Source of the DNA: Eledone cirrhosa
Taxonomy: Eukaryota
Length of the DNA: 64,000 bases
NCBI GenBank assembly: GCA_964016885.1
Contig: OZ024740.1
Span: forward strand, 121,458,001 to 121,522,000
Direction: 5' to 3'
In this document: positions 38,193 through 50,000 of the stretch, one piece after another
Layout of the letters: every line of letters begins with the position of its first letter
Position numbering within the stretch: position 1 is the stretch's first letter
The notes under the pieces: model-generated
Seen by the model: the letters and a program-made list of their open reading frames with translations, nothing else
Databases searched by the model: none
What the model was told of the DNA's origin: nothing
Translations under genes and position numbers: made by a program

Positions 38193-38367
38193 TGGCAGTA
38201 TCGGTAGAGGGTCGGACGCCATGCTTTCCAGCATAGTTACGTCCCTTTACGATCTGAGTTCAAATCCCGCCGAGGTTGACTTTGCCTTTCATCCTTACGG
38301 GGTCGATAAAATAAAGTACCAGTAATGCACTGGGTAATTGCTGGCCTTGTGTCAAAAGTAGAATCAA
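38193..38367 (+). mobile_element. tRNA-derived SINE with TSD
   Basis: Same family. TSD ATTATTCTCTATCGA on both sides. Confidence 0.9.
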
Positions 38368-38460
38368 TTATTCTCTATCGAGTGCTAAAGGTACATTCTG
38401 AATTTGCATTCGTTAGCTTAGCCGCTACCTAAAGCTCCGTTAATTCTATACTAAAACTTC

Positions 38461-38544
<84 letters not shown>

Positions 38545-38548
38545 GATA

Positions 38549-38620
<72 letters not shown>

Positions 38621-38722
38621 TATATGTATGTATATATTCGTATATATATATACTCGTATATATATATATATACATATGTATATATATATATATATACTCG
38701 TATATATATATATATATATATA

Positions 38723-38806
<84 letters not shown>

Positions 38807-38929
38807 CTATCTTTGCTACGGCCCTTGATAAACCTGTTCTACATCATCCACTCTCATCCCAGGAAGAGTTTTTGATAGCGCTAGTTTGTGATTTAAATTC
38901 AGGAATTTTATATTCTTTGAATGAAAAGA

Positions 38930-39013
38930 ACCTTCTGACGTGAATCTCTCTTTGCAACGAAGGCCGTATGGTCTCCGTTTTATTTTTGGGATTCGAAACC
39001 GATCGGTAAAGGT
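38930..39013 (+). ncRNA. Type I HHR with A9 mutated (CTGACGT)
   Basis: ACCTT-CTGACGT-GAATC...GATTC-GAAAC-CGATCG-GTA-AAGGT. Confidence 0.8.
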
Positions 39014-39395
39014 AACTATAGTAGGTAAAGTCAATTTTTTAAAATTTATTTTGAAACTTTTTCATTATTTACTAAACCTTGTTTATATTTGTTCTGGCTC
39101 GTTAATTTATTAACCCGCCATTGAACCACATTGGCACTTGGTTGGACAATACATGCGTACCTTGGCGCCTTGTGCATGAAGGGACGTATTTCATATTACT
39201 ACTACTCCACTAACGTTGAGAACAAATCGGGTCATTCCGACTGCTGCTGGCAACAGCGGTGGCTAGTTTGACCTACCTCCTTTTGCCTCTATCTTTGCTA
39301 CGGCCCTTGATAAACCTGTTCTACATCATCCACTCTCATCCCAGGAACAGTTTGTGATTTAAATTCAGGAATTTTATATTCTTTGAATGAAAAGA

Positions 39396-39479
39396 ACCTT
39401 CTGACGAGAATCTCTCTTTGCAACGAAGGCCGTATGGTCTCCGTTTTATTTTTGGGATTCGAAACCGATCGGTAAAGGT
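39396..39479 (+). ncRNA. Type I HHR, intact
   Basis: ACCTT-CTGACGA-GAATCTC...GGGATTC-GAAAC-CGATCG-GTA-AAGGT. Confidence 0.92.
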
Positions 39480-39716
39480 AACTATAGTAGGTAAGTCAAT
39501 TTTTTAAAATTTATTTTGAAACTTTTTCATTATTTACTAAACCTTGTTTATATTTGTTCTGGCTCGTTAATTTATTAACCCGCCATTGAACCACATTGGC
39601 ACTTGGTTGGACAATACATGCGTACCTTGGCGCCTTGTGCATGAAGGGACGTATTTCATATATATATGTATATATATATATATATATATATAATGTATCT
39701 ATATATATATACATAA

Positions 39717-39761
<45 letters not shown>

Positions 39762-40095
39762 TGCAATATATATACATATATATATATATGTATAAATATG
39801 TATATATATATATATCTAGGGCGGTTAAATTCCCGAGATCATGTATATATATATAGATACATTATATACATATATGTATATATATACATTATATACATAT
39901 ATACTTACATATATATATATATATACACAGTCATATATATAAACATATATATATATATTCATATCATATACATATATATACATATATAAGCATATATTCA
40001 CATATATATACATATACATATATATAAAAAAATATATATATATACACACATATATATATATACATATATATATATATACACGCATACATACATAT

Positions 40096-40156
<61 letters not shown>

Positions 40157-40201
40157 CATATACATATATATATATACATATATATATATATAAATAAATA
40201 T

Positions 40202-41000
40202 ACACGGGTGTGTATCATTGCGTATGGAAATTATATTAATAAAAGGAATTCCAACTTTGTCTGATTTACTCGTTTTGTTTACAATCCTAGAAATTAGAAT
40301 GATATTATAATGAAATAGTATGGTAGAATATTAAATGTTAAGTGTTAAACGTTAATTGAACAAGTACTTTCATGCTTTCGCAATCTTCATGTTCATATTC
40401 ATTGGTGACAGTCAAGTTTGCAATTTTCGATTGTAATGAGATGGTAAAACCTTTCATTTATATACAAATGTTGTGCCTTATATACAGTGAAAAGCGGCTA
40501 CAGGATGCTAAGTATTGCAAACAGTATTTCGATCAATCGGTGTGTAGTTTCACTAGATTACTAAAGCTGATTGATTTAGGCGTCACGGTTGCTTGAGCAT
40601 GTCTAACGATTTCTATTGACCCTATCCAAAGCATCAATTGTTTAGCTATTTTTAGAAATGATGAAAATAGCATTTTCTAAGGTTTTTATAAAAAACTTCA
40701 GTAACCATCAACATCAACAACACTTTTATTATTATTATTGTTGTTGTTGTTGTTAGTGTTTGTAGTCGACATGGTTGTAGAAGTAATACCCCTAAGCATT
40801 ATTATTGTTCATTTAGCTTGGGTTGGAATTTATCAACAAAATTCTTTTCTTTAATTTTTCTCTTGATTTCACTTGGGCCGTGTAGTTTGTGGAATGGAAA
40901 TATAAATATTTGTTCACCACATGTTGCTAGATGATTACTCAGGGGTATCTGACGGACATTTGGGTCTCTGATTTGCTGTCGGTGCACCTGTGCACGTTCT
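40202..41000 (-). mobile_element. PLE 3' fragment: GIY-YIG C-terminus plus family C pseudo-LTR and tail
   Basis: HRQQIRDP...LSNHLATC...IFPFHK...KFQPKLN (40802-40987). Family C sequence at 40202-40428 with HHR at 40357-40395. Confidence 0.72.
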
Positions 41001-41707
41001 GAGTGTTGGAGTAAATTAATTATTTTAGGATCTACGTGTTCTGTTGTTTAGTGTACGTTTCCTCCTGGAGTTTTCTTTTTCCGGTTTTCGTTCTCCTGAT
41101 GTTAAAAAATAGATTTTTCTCTATTCAGGATTTATATCTTGTTGGTGTTTGCTTGATGAACTTTTGGTTGTGATATTATACTTGGTTTCGTTATGTTTTT
41201 TGTTCTATTTTTGGTATTAGATATATTATTTTTCCAATTCCTATTAGCATAATTATTAACAATCTGGGAAAATTACCTAGGGTTGCATTCAGGTTTAGAT
41301 CGTTTTTACGCCCGGTTTCTTGTGGGTAATATCTGTTGAGATCTTGAAAGTTATCTGGTTATTCTACGGTTTTTTCCCCGTTCCTTGTGGGTAGCCTCTG
41401 TTGAGATCTTGAGAATGATCTCCTGGTTTTTATACTTCTCATGGTCTGGTCAAAGGAATATCTAACATGTTTGTGATTTTTGTTCATGTTGTGTGCATTA
41501 GGGTGTTCTTGTAGAAAAAGCGAAGAGTTCTTACCGTAGTTCTTCTTTGATTCAATGTGAGGTGAGTGTTTGTGTTGCCACGTGTTCTGGCGTATATTGT
41601 GTTGGCGAGATTGTCCACATGTAATGCTTTTTTCAGAGTTCCAGAGACTTTACCGTAATTTGCAGCATATTCGTCGAGAAATAATTGTTTCTGTTGGCAT
41701 AACATAC

Positions 41708-41741
<34 letters not shown>

Positions 41742-41760
41742 GTGTATATTGCCATAACAT

Positions 41761-41858
<98 letters not shown>

Positions 41859-42339
41859 GATAACAAAATATCGTTATAGGTAATCCAGTTAGAGGTTGTG
41901 AATACTTCTTATTATGGATAGTGTTAGCGTAAGGCTTTGTTTGACTCAAACAAGAGGTTTACGTAGATGGCGAGTTGATAATTTAACTTGTATTCCTATG
42001 TAAGTTTATATTGGAGTAATAACATGGAATAAATGTGAAGAATAACACGGTCAACAGTACAAAAAAGGGGGAATTTATTCACAGTCTAACAATTGTTTCT
42101 CTGATTGAATTGTCTAAAAATTGCTGAACACTAGAAGCATTGCCACTCAATTTTAAATACGATGCTAGCTCAATCATGTCACAGAAACTGTTATAAAAAA
42201 TATCTAACCGGCAAATCTACAAATTCAAATTACAGCATCAATAATAATATTAGTAATAAAGATAGAGAGAGAACAGAAGAAAGAGAGATAGATAAAGGAA
42301 AGAAAGAAAAAAAAGAAAAAGAAAAAGAAAAAGAATGAG

Positions 42340-43032
42340 TAAAATAAAAATAAAAATAAAAATAAAAATAAAAATAAAAATAAAAATAAAAATAAAAATA
42401 AAAATAAAAATAAAAATAAAAATAAAAATAAAAATAAAAATAAAAATAAAAATAAAAATAAAAATAAAAATAAAAATAAAAATAAAAATAAAAATAAAAA
42501 TAAAAATAAAAATAAAAATAAAAATAAAAATAAAAATAAAAATAAAAATAAAAATAAAAATAAAAATAAAAAAAATAAAAATAAAAATAAAAATAAAAAT
42601 AAAAATAAAAATAAAAATAAAAATAAAAATAAAAATAAAAAAAATAAAAATAAAAATAAAAATAAAAATAAAAATAAAAATAAAAATAAAAATAAAAATA
42701 AAAATAAAAATAAAAATAAAAATAAAAATAAAAATAAAAATAAAAATAAAAATAAAAATAAAAATAAAAATAAAAATAAAAATAAAAATAAAAATAAAAA
42801 TAAAAATAAAAATAAAAATAAAAATATAAAAATAAAAATAAAAATAAAAATAAAAATAAACAGAAAAAGAAAAAGAAAAAGAAGAAAAAGAAAAAGAAAA
42901 AGAAAAAGAAAAAGAAAAAGAAAAAGAAAAAGAAAAAGAAAAAGAAAAAGAAAAAAATAAGAAAAAGAAAAAGAAAAAGAAAAAGAAAAAAGAAAAAGAA
43001 AAAGAAAAAGAAAAAGAAAAAGAAAAAGAAAA
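42340..43032. repeat. (AAAAAT)n then (AAAAAG)n hexamer arrays
   Basis: Direct reading. A (TTTTTC)n counterpart lies at ~44311-44418. Confidence 0.97.
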
Positions 43033-43542
43033 ATAGAAATAAAAAAAGAAAAGGAAAATGAAAAAGATAAAGATAAAGAAAAATAAAAAGGAAAAAGAAA
43101 AATGTAAATAGAGAAAGGTATATAGAAAAAAAGATGTAGAGAAAGGAGGATAGAATGTAGCAAGGCACTACATAGGATTTACATCTGGAGAATTTAAGAA
43201 AAGGTGGTATGTCCACAGACACTCTGTGAATAATAGGAAACTCATAAATACAACAACTCTCGCCTATAAAATATGGTAACTCAGATATGCAAAGATGGAA
43301 TATAAAATCAGCTGGACGAAGCTATCAATAGCAACGGCCTATCGAATTGGCATGTCCAACTGTGGTCTTTGTAATATGGAGCTTTTCCAAATCTTAAAGT
43401 ACAACAAAATGCTACTTAACAGTAAAATTGAAAGAACTATTTACTGTAGGCTTAAAACGGCGACAACGCTTGAGAACTTTAGACCAGCTTAATTCATCTT
43501 ATCTATTCCATAACCCAAATTGTACCACTTAGATCTATTATA

Positions 43543-43721
43543 ATTGTTTCTACTTTTGGCACAAGGCCAGCAATTATCCCAGTGCATTACTGGTACTTTA
43601 TTTTATCGACCCCGTAAGGATGAAAGGCAAAGTTAACCTCGGCGGGATTTGAACTCAGATCATAAAGGGCCGTAACTCTATGCTTCAAAGCATGGCGTCC
43701 GACCCTCTACCGATACTGCCA
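43543..43721 (-). mobile_element. tRNA-derived SINE inserted in a PLE 3' UTR
   Basis: TSD CTATTATAAT. The homologous position near 17975 is empty. Confidence 0.9.
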
Positions 43722-44416
43722 CTATTATAATATCCCATCATCATCATTATTGTTATAATTGTCACCATCTATCAATGAACCAACATCAAAATCTCATATA
43801 TTTACATTCATATTTTATGTATCTCTATCTTTCTATCTCTATTTCTCTGCCTAAATGTATTTCATCCCTAGTATTTTATCTTATCATATCATTTTCACTT
43901 CTAATATAACATACAACTAATTAATCAAATAATTAATGAATTATAAAATAATCAATACACACATAAATATATTTAACATGATCATATTTATACCTTCGCA
44001 TCTCTCTATATTTTAACCACTTTCAATAAGCTTTATGTTTAAATTTCTTCGCACATTTTTACTTATTTATTTTCATATTTTCATATTTTCATATTTTATA
44101 TTTTGTATCATTTGTATCATACTCGATATAAATTGTTTATTTACATTTATTCATGTATTAACATTTATTCATTTATTGTTGATATCATTATTTTCCATTT
44201 ATTTTTTTTCTCTTACGTCATTTCTCCTATATTCTTTTCTCTCCTCTTTCTCTCCTCCTTTCTCTTCATCTTTTTTTTCTCTCTATATCTTTCTCTGTTT
44301 TCATTTTTCGTTTTTCTTTTTCTTTTTCTTTTTCTTTTTCTTTTTCTTTTTCTTTTTCTTTTTCTTTTTTCTTTTTCTTTTTCTTTTTCTTTTTCTTTTT
44401 CTTTTTCTTTTCTTTT

Positions 44417-44867
44417 TCTAGCAGTTTGTTCTTTTCATGCCACCGGTTACTGCCCCGCGCACGCATTTCCCTTATGTCTACACGTGCGAAAGGTAGTTTA
44501 ATTTAGTTCTCTCCTATTTTTCCTAAGCCTCTTGTAGCTTATATTCTCTTCACGCTGGTGGTTTGAAATTCCTCTAAAGAAAAACACACTCTTCTTAGTC
44601 TTTGCCCTCTATATATTGTATTTTAAAGTGCCCAGGAAAACTCTTTCCTTTGAGCTCATTTAATTACAGTATTATATGCGAGTCCTTTGCTTCGTTATTT
44701 TACTTGATTTTTGCTCCTTGCGCTCTCTCTGCTGTTGAGCACCATAAATTGAATAGTATAGGCTGCCATTTCTAGCAGCTTGTTCTATTCATGCCACCGG
44801 TTACTGACCCACACACGCATTTCCCTTATGTCTACACGTGCGAAAGTTAGTTTACTTTAGTTCTCTC
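44417..44867. repeat. ~97-bp direct repeats 354 bp apart
   Basis: 44417-44513 resembles 44771-44867. Confidence 0.85.
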
Positions 44868-45034
44868 TAGTGGTGCGGAAAATATCGGCCTTCCACATGC
44901 TGAAGACCCACTAAAATGGTGAAACATTCTCCTGGTGAGTGTGTACATGTGTGATTTAGGTGAGGTTGGTTTCTCATTTCAATTTCTACTTTTAATTTTA
45001 ATGTTTTTCCTATGCCCATCTGGTAGAAAGGTAT

Positions 45035-45077
45035 ACGGTGCTGACGATAGCTAATAAGCTTGAAACTAGTACATCGT
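45035..45077 (+). ncRNA. Minimal type I HHR, intact
   Basis: ACGGTG-CTGACGA-tAGCT-aata-AGCTt-GAAAC-ta-GTA-CATCGT. Confidence 0.88.
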
Positions 45078-45307
45078 TCCTGTGTCAGTGTTGAACAAAA
45101 AGGTGACGTGGTTGCCTAAACACTGTACGGCGTAATTCAGGCTGATTGTTTGTTTACAAACGAACAAACCGAGCATTATAATAAATGTTCGGTAAACTGA
45201 TACGTGCATATATATATGTGTGCCTGTATGTATATATGTACATGCTACTGTACGTCTGTATACATATATGTATACATATATGTATGTACGTATACATACA
45301 TACTTAC

Positions 45308-45374
<67 letters not shown>

Positions 45375-45424
45375 AATATTAGACAGGAACAAATAACAGA
45401 GAGGCAGTAGAAAGATATATATAT

Positions 45425-46795
45425 ATATATTTGTGAAATAGGTGGTGGTTGAAATTCAGTTGTGCACCGTTAAATGGTATTAGACGTGGTCGGACGGACA
45501 TGAACATTTACACACCTATGTAAAAAGTGCCACGGAAGCAAATAGATGAGGTCTCAAATCTTTAACTTGAAAAATGTAGTCCCTAGGGCCCCAAAACGGT
45601 ATATTTAGTATCGCTTTCGGTGAGTTATTTCCCCCTGTTTCCCCCGTAGTCGCTTTCAATATTCATTGTCTTATTTACAATTTCATACAAATGTTTAAAC
45701 GCATCAATTTTTTCATAACATATCAAACACAACGTTCTTTCGCTGTTAACATACAGTACCGTTTTATGAAATCGATTCTGCAGTACCATTTTACTAAATG
45801 CCAACCAAACGGAAAACGGTCACTGTTTTCCATCAAAAGAAATAAAACCCTTAAATTGCGTGTTCTCAGGTACGTTTTTTCCGATATCATTTTTATTTTA
45901 ATTCTAATACATGTTAACCATCACTAACAGTAAGTGGTATTTTTTCAAAGTCAAATGAAAAGTTTAAAGAATACATGCATGTAAACTTAATGAATGGGAT
46001 CTATAAGCCTTTGGGTTGCCGAGTTAATTCATTCAGTTTTTTTTAAAATATTCATTGTAAACTTATTGAATGGGATCTATAAGCCGTTTGGTTGCCGAGT
46101 TAATTAATTCAGTTTTTTTTTAAATATTTATTGTAAACTTAATGAATGGTATCTATAAGGCCTTTGGTTGCCGAGTTAATTAATTCAGTTTTTTTTTTAT
46201 ATTCATTGTCTTTTTTAAAATAACATATCAAAGACAACGTTATTTCGCTGTTAATAAACTCTTGCCTTCTACAGTACGTTTCATTTTCATTTTTCAAATA
46301 CAGTTGCTCTATATTAAATTTAAATACTTCTATAACGATCATACAGTACCGTTTTATGAAATCGATTCTGCAGTAGAATTTTACGAAATGCCAAGCCGAA
46401 AAATTTCACTGTTTTCTAACAAAATAAATAAAACCCTTACATTGCGAACCCCCTGTTCTAATACTGGGGTTAGTTATTTCTCCCTCTTCTAATAAACGTC
46501 TAATATATAGAGGCCCCTCTTGCTGACCAGGGTAATCAAAGTGTAAACTATCATACAAACCTTCATAATCTGCATTTTCAAACTTGCATATCATCGAATT
46601 TGCTATTTCGCTGTTAATAAATAACGCTTTTCACGTCGCTCCACTTCTTATTGTATGCCGTCCAGCCCCAAGTGCCTATTTCTATTTTTCTATTTTTTTC
46701 CTGATGCTGCTTCTTTATAAGAAACTTTCAATAATATTTCTCAAATAATTAACTTAATAAAAAGTGGACCCGGGTGCAACCGGGCTCAGCTACTA

Positions 46796-46796
<1 letters not shown>
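45425..46796 (+). mobile_element. Non-autonomous Helitron-like element
   Basis: 3' hairpin CCCGGGTGCAACCGGG (46769-46784), then CTAG|T. Internal ~76-bp tandem repeats (45980-46207) and a duplication. The 5' end is hidden in (TA)n. Confidence 0.7.
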
Positions 46797-46857
<61 letters not shown>

Positions 46858-46926
46858 AAAAAGGGATGAAATCGAAAATGCAACTGAAGTCTTATTTTTT
46901 TTTAAAATATATATATTTATTTGGTT

Positions 46927-46964
46927 CCTTTACCGGTTTCGCAGTTCTTCTGCTTTTCAAAAGG
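46927..46964 (-). ncRNA. Minimal type I HHR with U3-A8 core, in a short PLE-end fragment (46855-47000)
   Basis: CCTT-TTGAAAA-GCAG-aagaa-CTGC-GAAAC-cg-GTA-AAGG, followed by AATAAA. Confidence 0.75.
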
Positions 46965-46995
46965 TGAGTTGAGATGGAGGGTCTGTGGTTTTTCT

Positions 46996-47082
<87 letters not shown>

Positions 47083-47087
<5 letters not shown>

Positions 47088-50000
47088 TTTTGCGAGGTTT
47101 TTTATATGAAATCGTGTGTCGAAACAAATATTGTTATACTTGGGGAGGGTCATATTTGTGTAATATTGCCAGAATTAATAACAGAACACACTCACTGTTT
47201 GGTTGGTTTTCGCTTCTCGCTGTCTTTTATATCGGTAATCTAACTTACTCGGTCCTCAATGTTGCCATTGACTGACCGACGGTCAAAAATAATACAGATA
47301 CAATATAGACACAAACACATATATATAGTTTATCATAAATCTTTCGTTGCACATCTGCAACATCGTCAGTGGTGTTATATTTTCCTCCTGTTGTGTTGTA
47401 TGTCTACGCCATTTTTTATTCAGTCTGTCTATATATTTATTTATTTATTTGCTTGTTTGTTTATTTTATTTTGTCTTCTTTGCGCATGCGTTTGCGTGTG
47501 TGTATAGTGTTATGTTTGCTGTGTGATGGGTGACTAGTGTGTGTTTATGTGCTTGTTGTTATTGTGCTTGTGTATGTATTTATTTATCTTATTTTATTTA
47601 CTTCTTTATACTTCTCTTAGGTCAGTGATGTTTGTTTGGGTGTTGTTGTTATTCCATTCATTCTTTCTGTTTAGCTTTGGTCTTCTAATTTCTATTTCAC
47701 TGGCCTCTCTGATTTGCCTATCTGCTGGGTCATTTCTATGTTTAGATATTATTCTAATTTCTATGTTGTCTATGTTACCGTCATGTTGTTGTCTAGCATG
47801 CTCGTATAGTACCGACCCGTTTTTTCGTCCTTTTAGTTCCCCCCAGTGTTGGTCTATCCTTTCACCTATGCTACGAGCTGTCTCACCTATGTATGTTTTT
47901 GTCATGTTTCTGCAAGTACCCTCTGTACATCTTATGCTATAGACTACGTTTCTAGTTTTACAGTTTATCCGGGGGTTCACCTTACATATGATACATTTCC
48001 TATTGGTACAGTGGGTTTTCTTAAAAGGGTAGGTTTTGCTGATCAGGGATTTTATGGTGGTTCCTGGCTTTTCTACCACCTTTATTTTTAAGTGGGTCTT
48101 TCTCAGGGCCTTTCTACACTGGTTAGCTAATTTCCCTCCAGGGCTGGCGTCCACAAACATGACACTCTGGTATCTCTGGTTGTTGTACCATGATGTGGCT
48201 TTCCCTATCTTATGTCTAGCCCTATCTAAGCTATTCCATGATTTGCTCCTCTATAATGGGCAAATTCCTTTCATGTCCAGTTCTATGAGGGTCTTATACT
48301 TTTCCATGGCTCCTTCGTATACTCTGACTCTGTCTCTTTGGTTGTAGCCAGAGAACTGCATGCGGTTGATGAAGTGTTGGATGTGTCTTTCCATTTCTGT
48401 TGGGTCGCACATGCGGGACACATTCTTCATCACTCGTACCAAATCTGCGATCAGATTATTAGACTTAGCACTACTGGACATTGCTGAGTTTTTGAGTATC
48501 AGGTATTTGGAGGCCATGGGTTTAGCATAGTGTGAGTGGAGAATTGGGGCTCTCTCGTCTATAGTGTTAATCCAGAGTTCTGTGTCTAATACAGGTAGTC
48601 TATTGTTAGGGTGTTTGGAAGGGAAGTCGATAGTTACAGTTATACTCTGGTGTATGGAATTAGCTATCTGCTGGATGCTTTCCATCGTGCTACGTTCTAA
48701 ATCAAACTTGTTAGTGCTCTCTAGTGGGAGTGTTCTTATAACTATATTGATATCGTCTACATAACGAGAGTACATGATGACGTCTATGGAGCTTTCATTA
48801 AAGAGATCTTTAAGTCTCCTTTGCCACCATACCATGAAAAGGTTGGCAACATCACCAGCTATGCTGACGGCGATGGCTGCTCCCTCATTTTGGGTGTAGA
48901 TTTTCTCATTGAACTTAAATATGTGGCCCTTTAGGGTAGTTTTGATACTAGCCCCTATTGCATGTGCGACCATTTTTCTTAAGGGATCATTGCTTTGGGG
49001 GTCCGTATAGCTTTGGTCCACCCAATCCACCTTCCCATGGGAGTCTTTTTTGCCATTGACGTTATGGTGGGGGTCTACCTCTTATAGGTCTACTAGGGCA
49101 GAAACATCTAAGGTCTTGGCTGTCTAGGTAGTCAGTGTCGTAGGTAAGTCTAAGTAGGAGGCCCAGTTCGTCTGTGTCGACGTCGCAGAACTCCACCTCA
49201 CTCTCAATGATCATCTCCACACATCTTTTCACATCAAAATCAATGTTAATGGATGGGTACAGTGACACCACATCCATGCTGCCTATTATGCAGTTGGATA
49301 GGCTCCTGTTTTTGTTGCACTCACTGATTCTGCTGAGGAGGTCCTCTGTACTGTCACATACATCTGGGGACATCTTGATTATGGGGCGTATAACCATTGA
49401 GAGGATGTAGGAGATCCTGTAGTTGCTAGCTATATTAGCTCCGCATACGGGTCTTGTTGGTGGTCCTGTTGTCGGGTCGTCGACTGTCTTGTAATCTTTG
49501 CGGAGCCCATACACGGGTGGTATGCCATTGTTAGACGACTGGAAGTTGTTGGCAGTGCGTCTGCTTGGCTTTAGGATGTCAGTCCACATCATCATGTGAG
49601 CGTTGAGGATTTTATCTCTCCTATCGTGTGTTTGTGCAACTTCGCTCGTGTTGGTGATGTGGGGTTGCATAGCCTCGATGTAGTTCGGCATGTTACCTAT
49701 TGTAATCCTACCAGACTTATCTGTGGGTAGACACACTACCTCACCATCCATTGTGCGCTGCTTGAGGCTAACCAAGCCTTCTACAGGTTTACTCCCAAGT
49801 TGTTGGGCCTCTGGTCTGCTCTGTCTCTTAGTATACCTATCTACTATTTGTCTAATCTTATTTCTAGCTATGGTGAACTGTGCCTCTGCTCGTCATCTAT
49901 TTGTTGTGGTATGCAAACTCTTTTATTAAAGGGTAACCTCGTAGGATAGATATTACCCATCTTATATGTTTTGTCAGCTGGGTTGAAAAATAGTTTCTCT

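Larger units (their letters stand above)
38804..39658 (+). mobile_element. Second retrozyme-like tandem locus (unit ~482 bp)
   Basis: Unit starts at 38804 and 39286. Homologous to 18813-19845 but in a different register. (TA)n flanks. Confidence 0.85.
41856..44420. mobile_element. Hydra-like PLE: tail-bearing minus arm (41856-~43160) and plus arm with endonuclease fragment
   Basis: HYIGFTSGEFKKRWYVH...CGLCNME...LLN at 43166-43492. HHR-like motif at ~42081-42192 (-). Homologous to 17510-18787. Confidence 0.8.

Noticed and set aside
17677-43221. Identical inversion junction in two copies of one PLE family
   Set aside because: The 43.2-kb copy extends ~60 bp further 5' (HYIG...), so the junctions differ.
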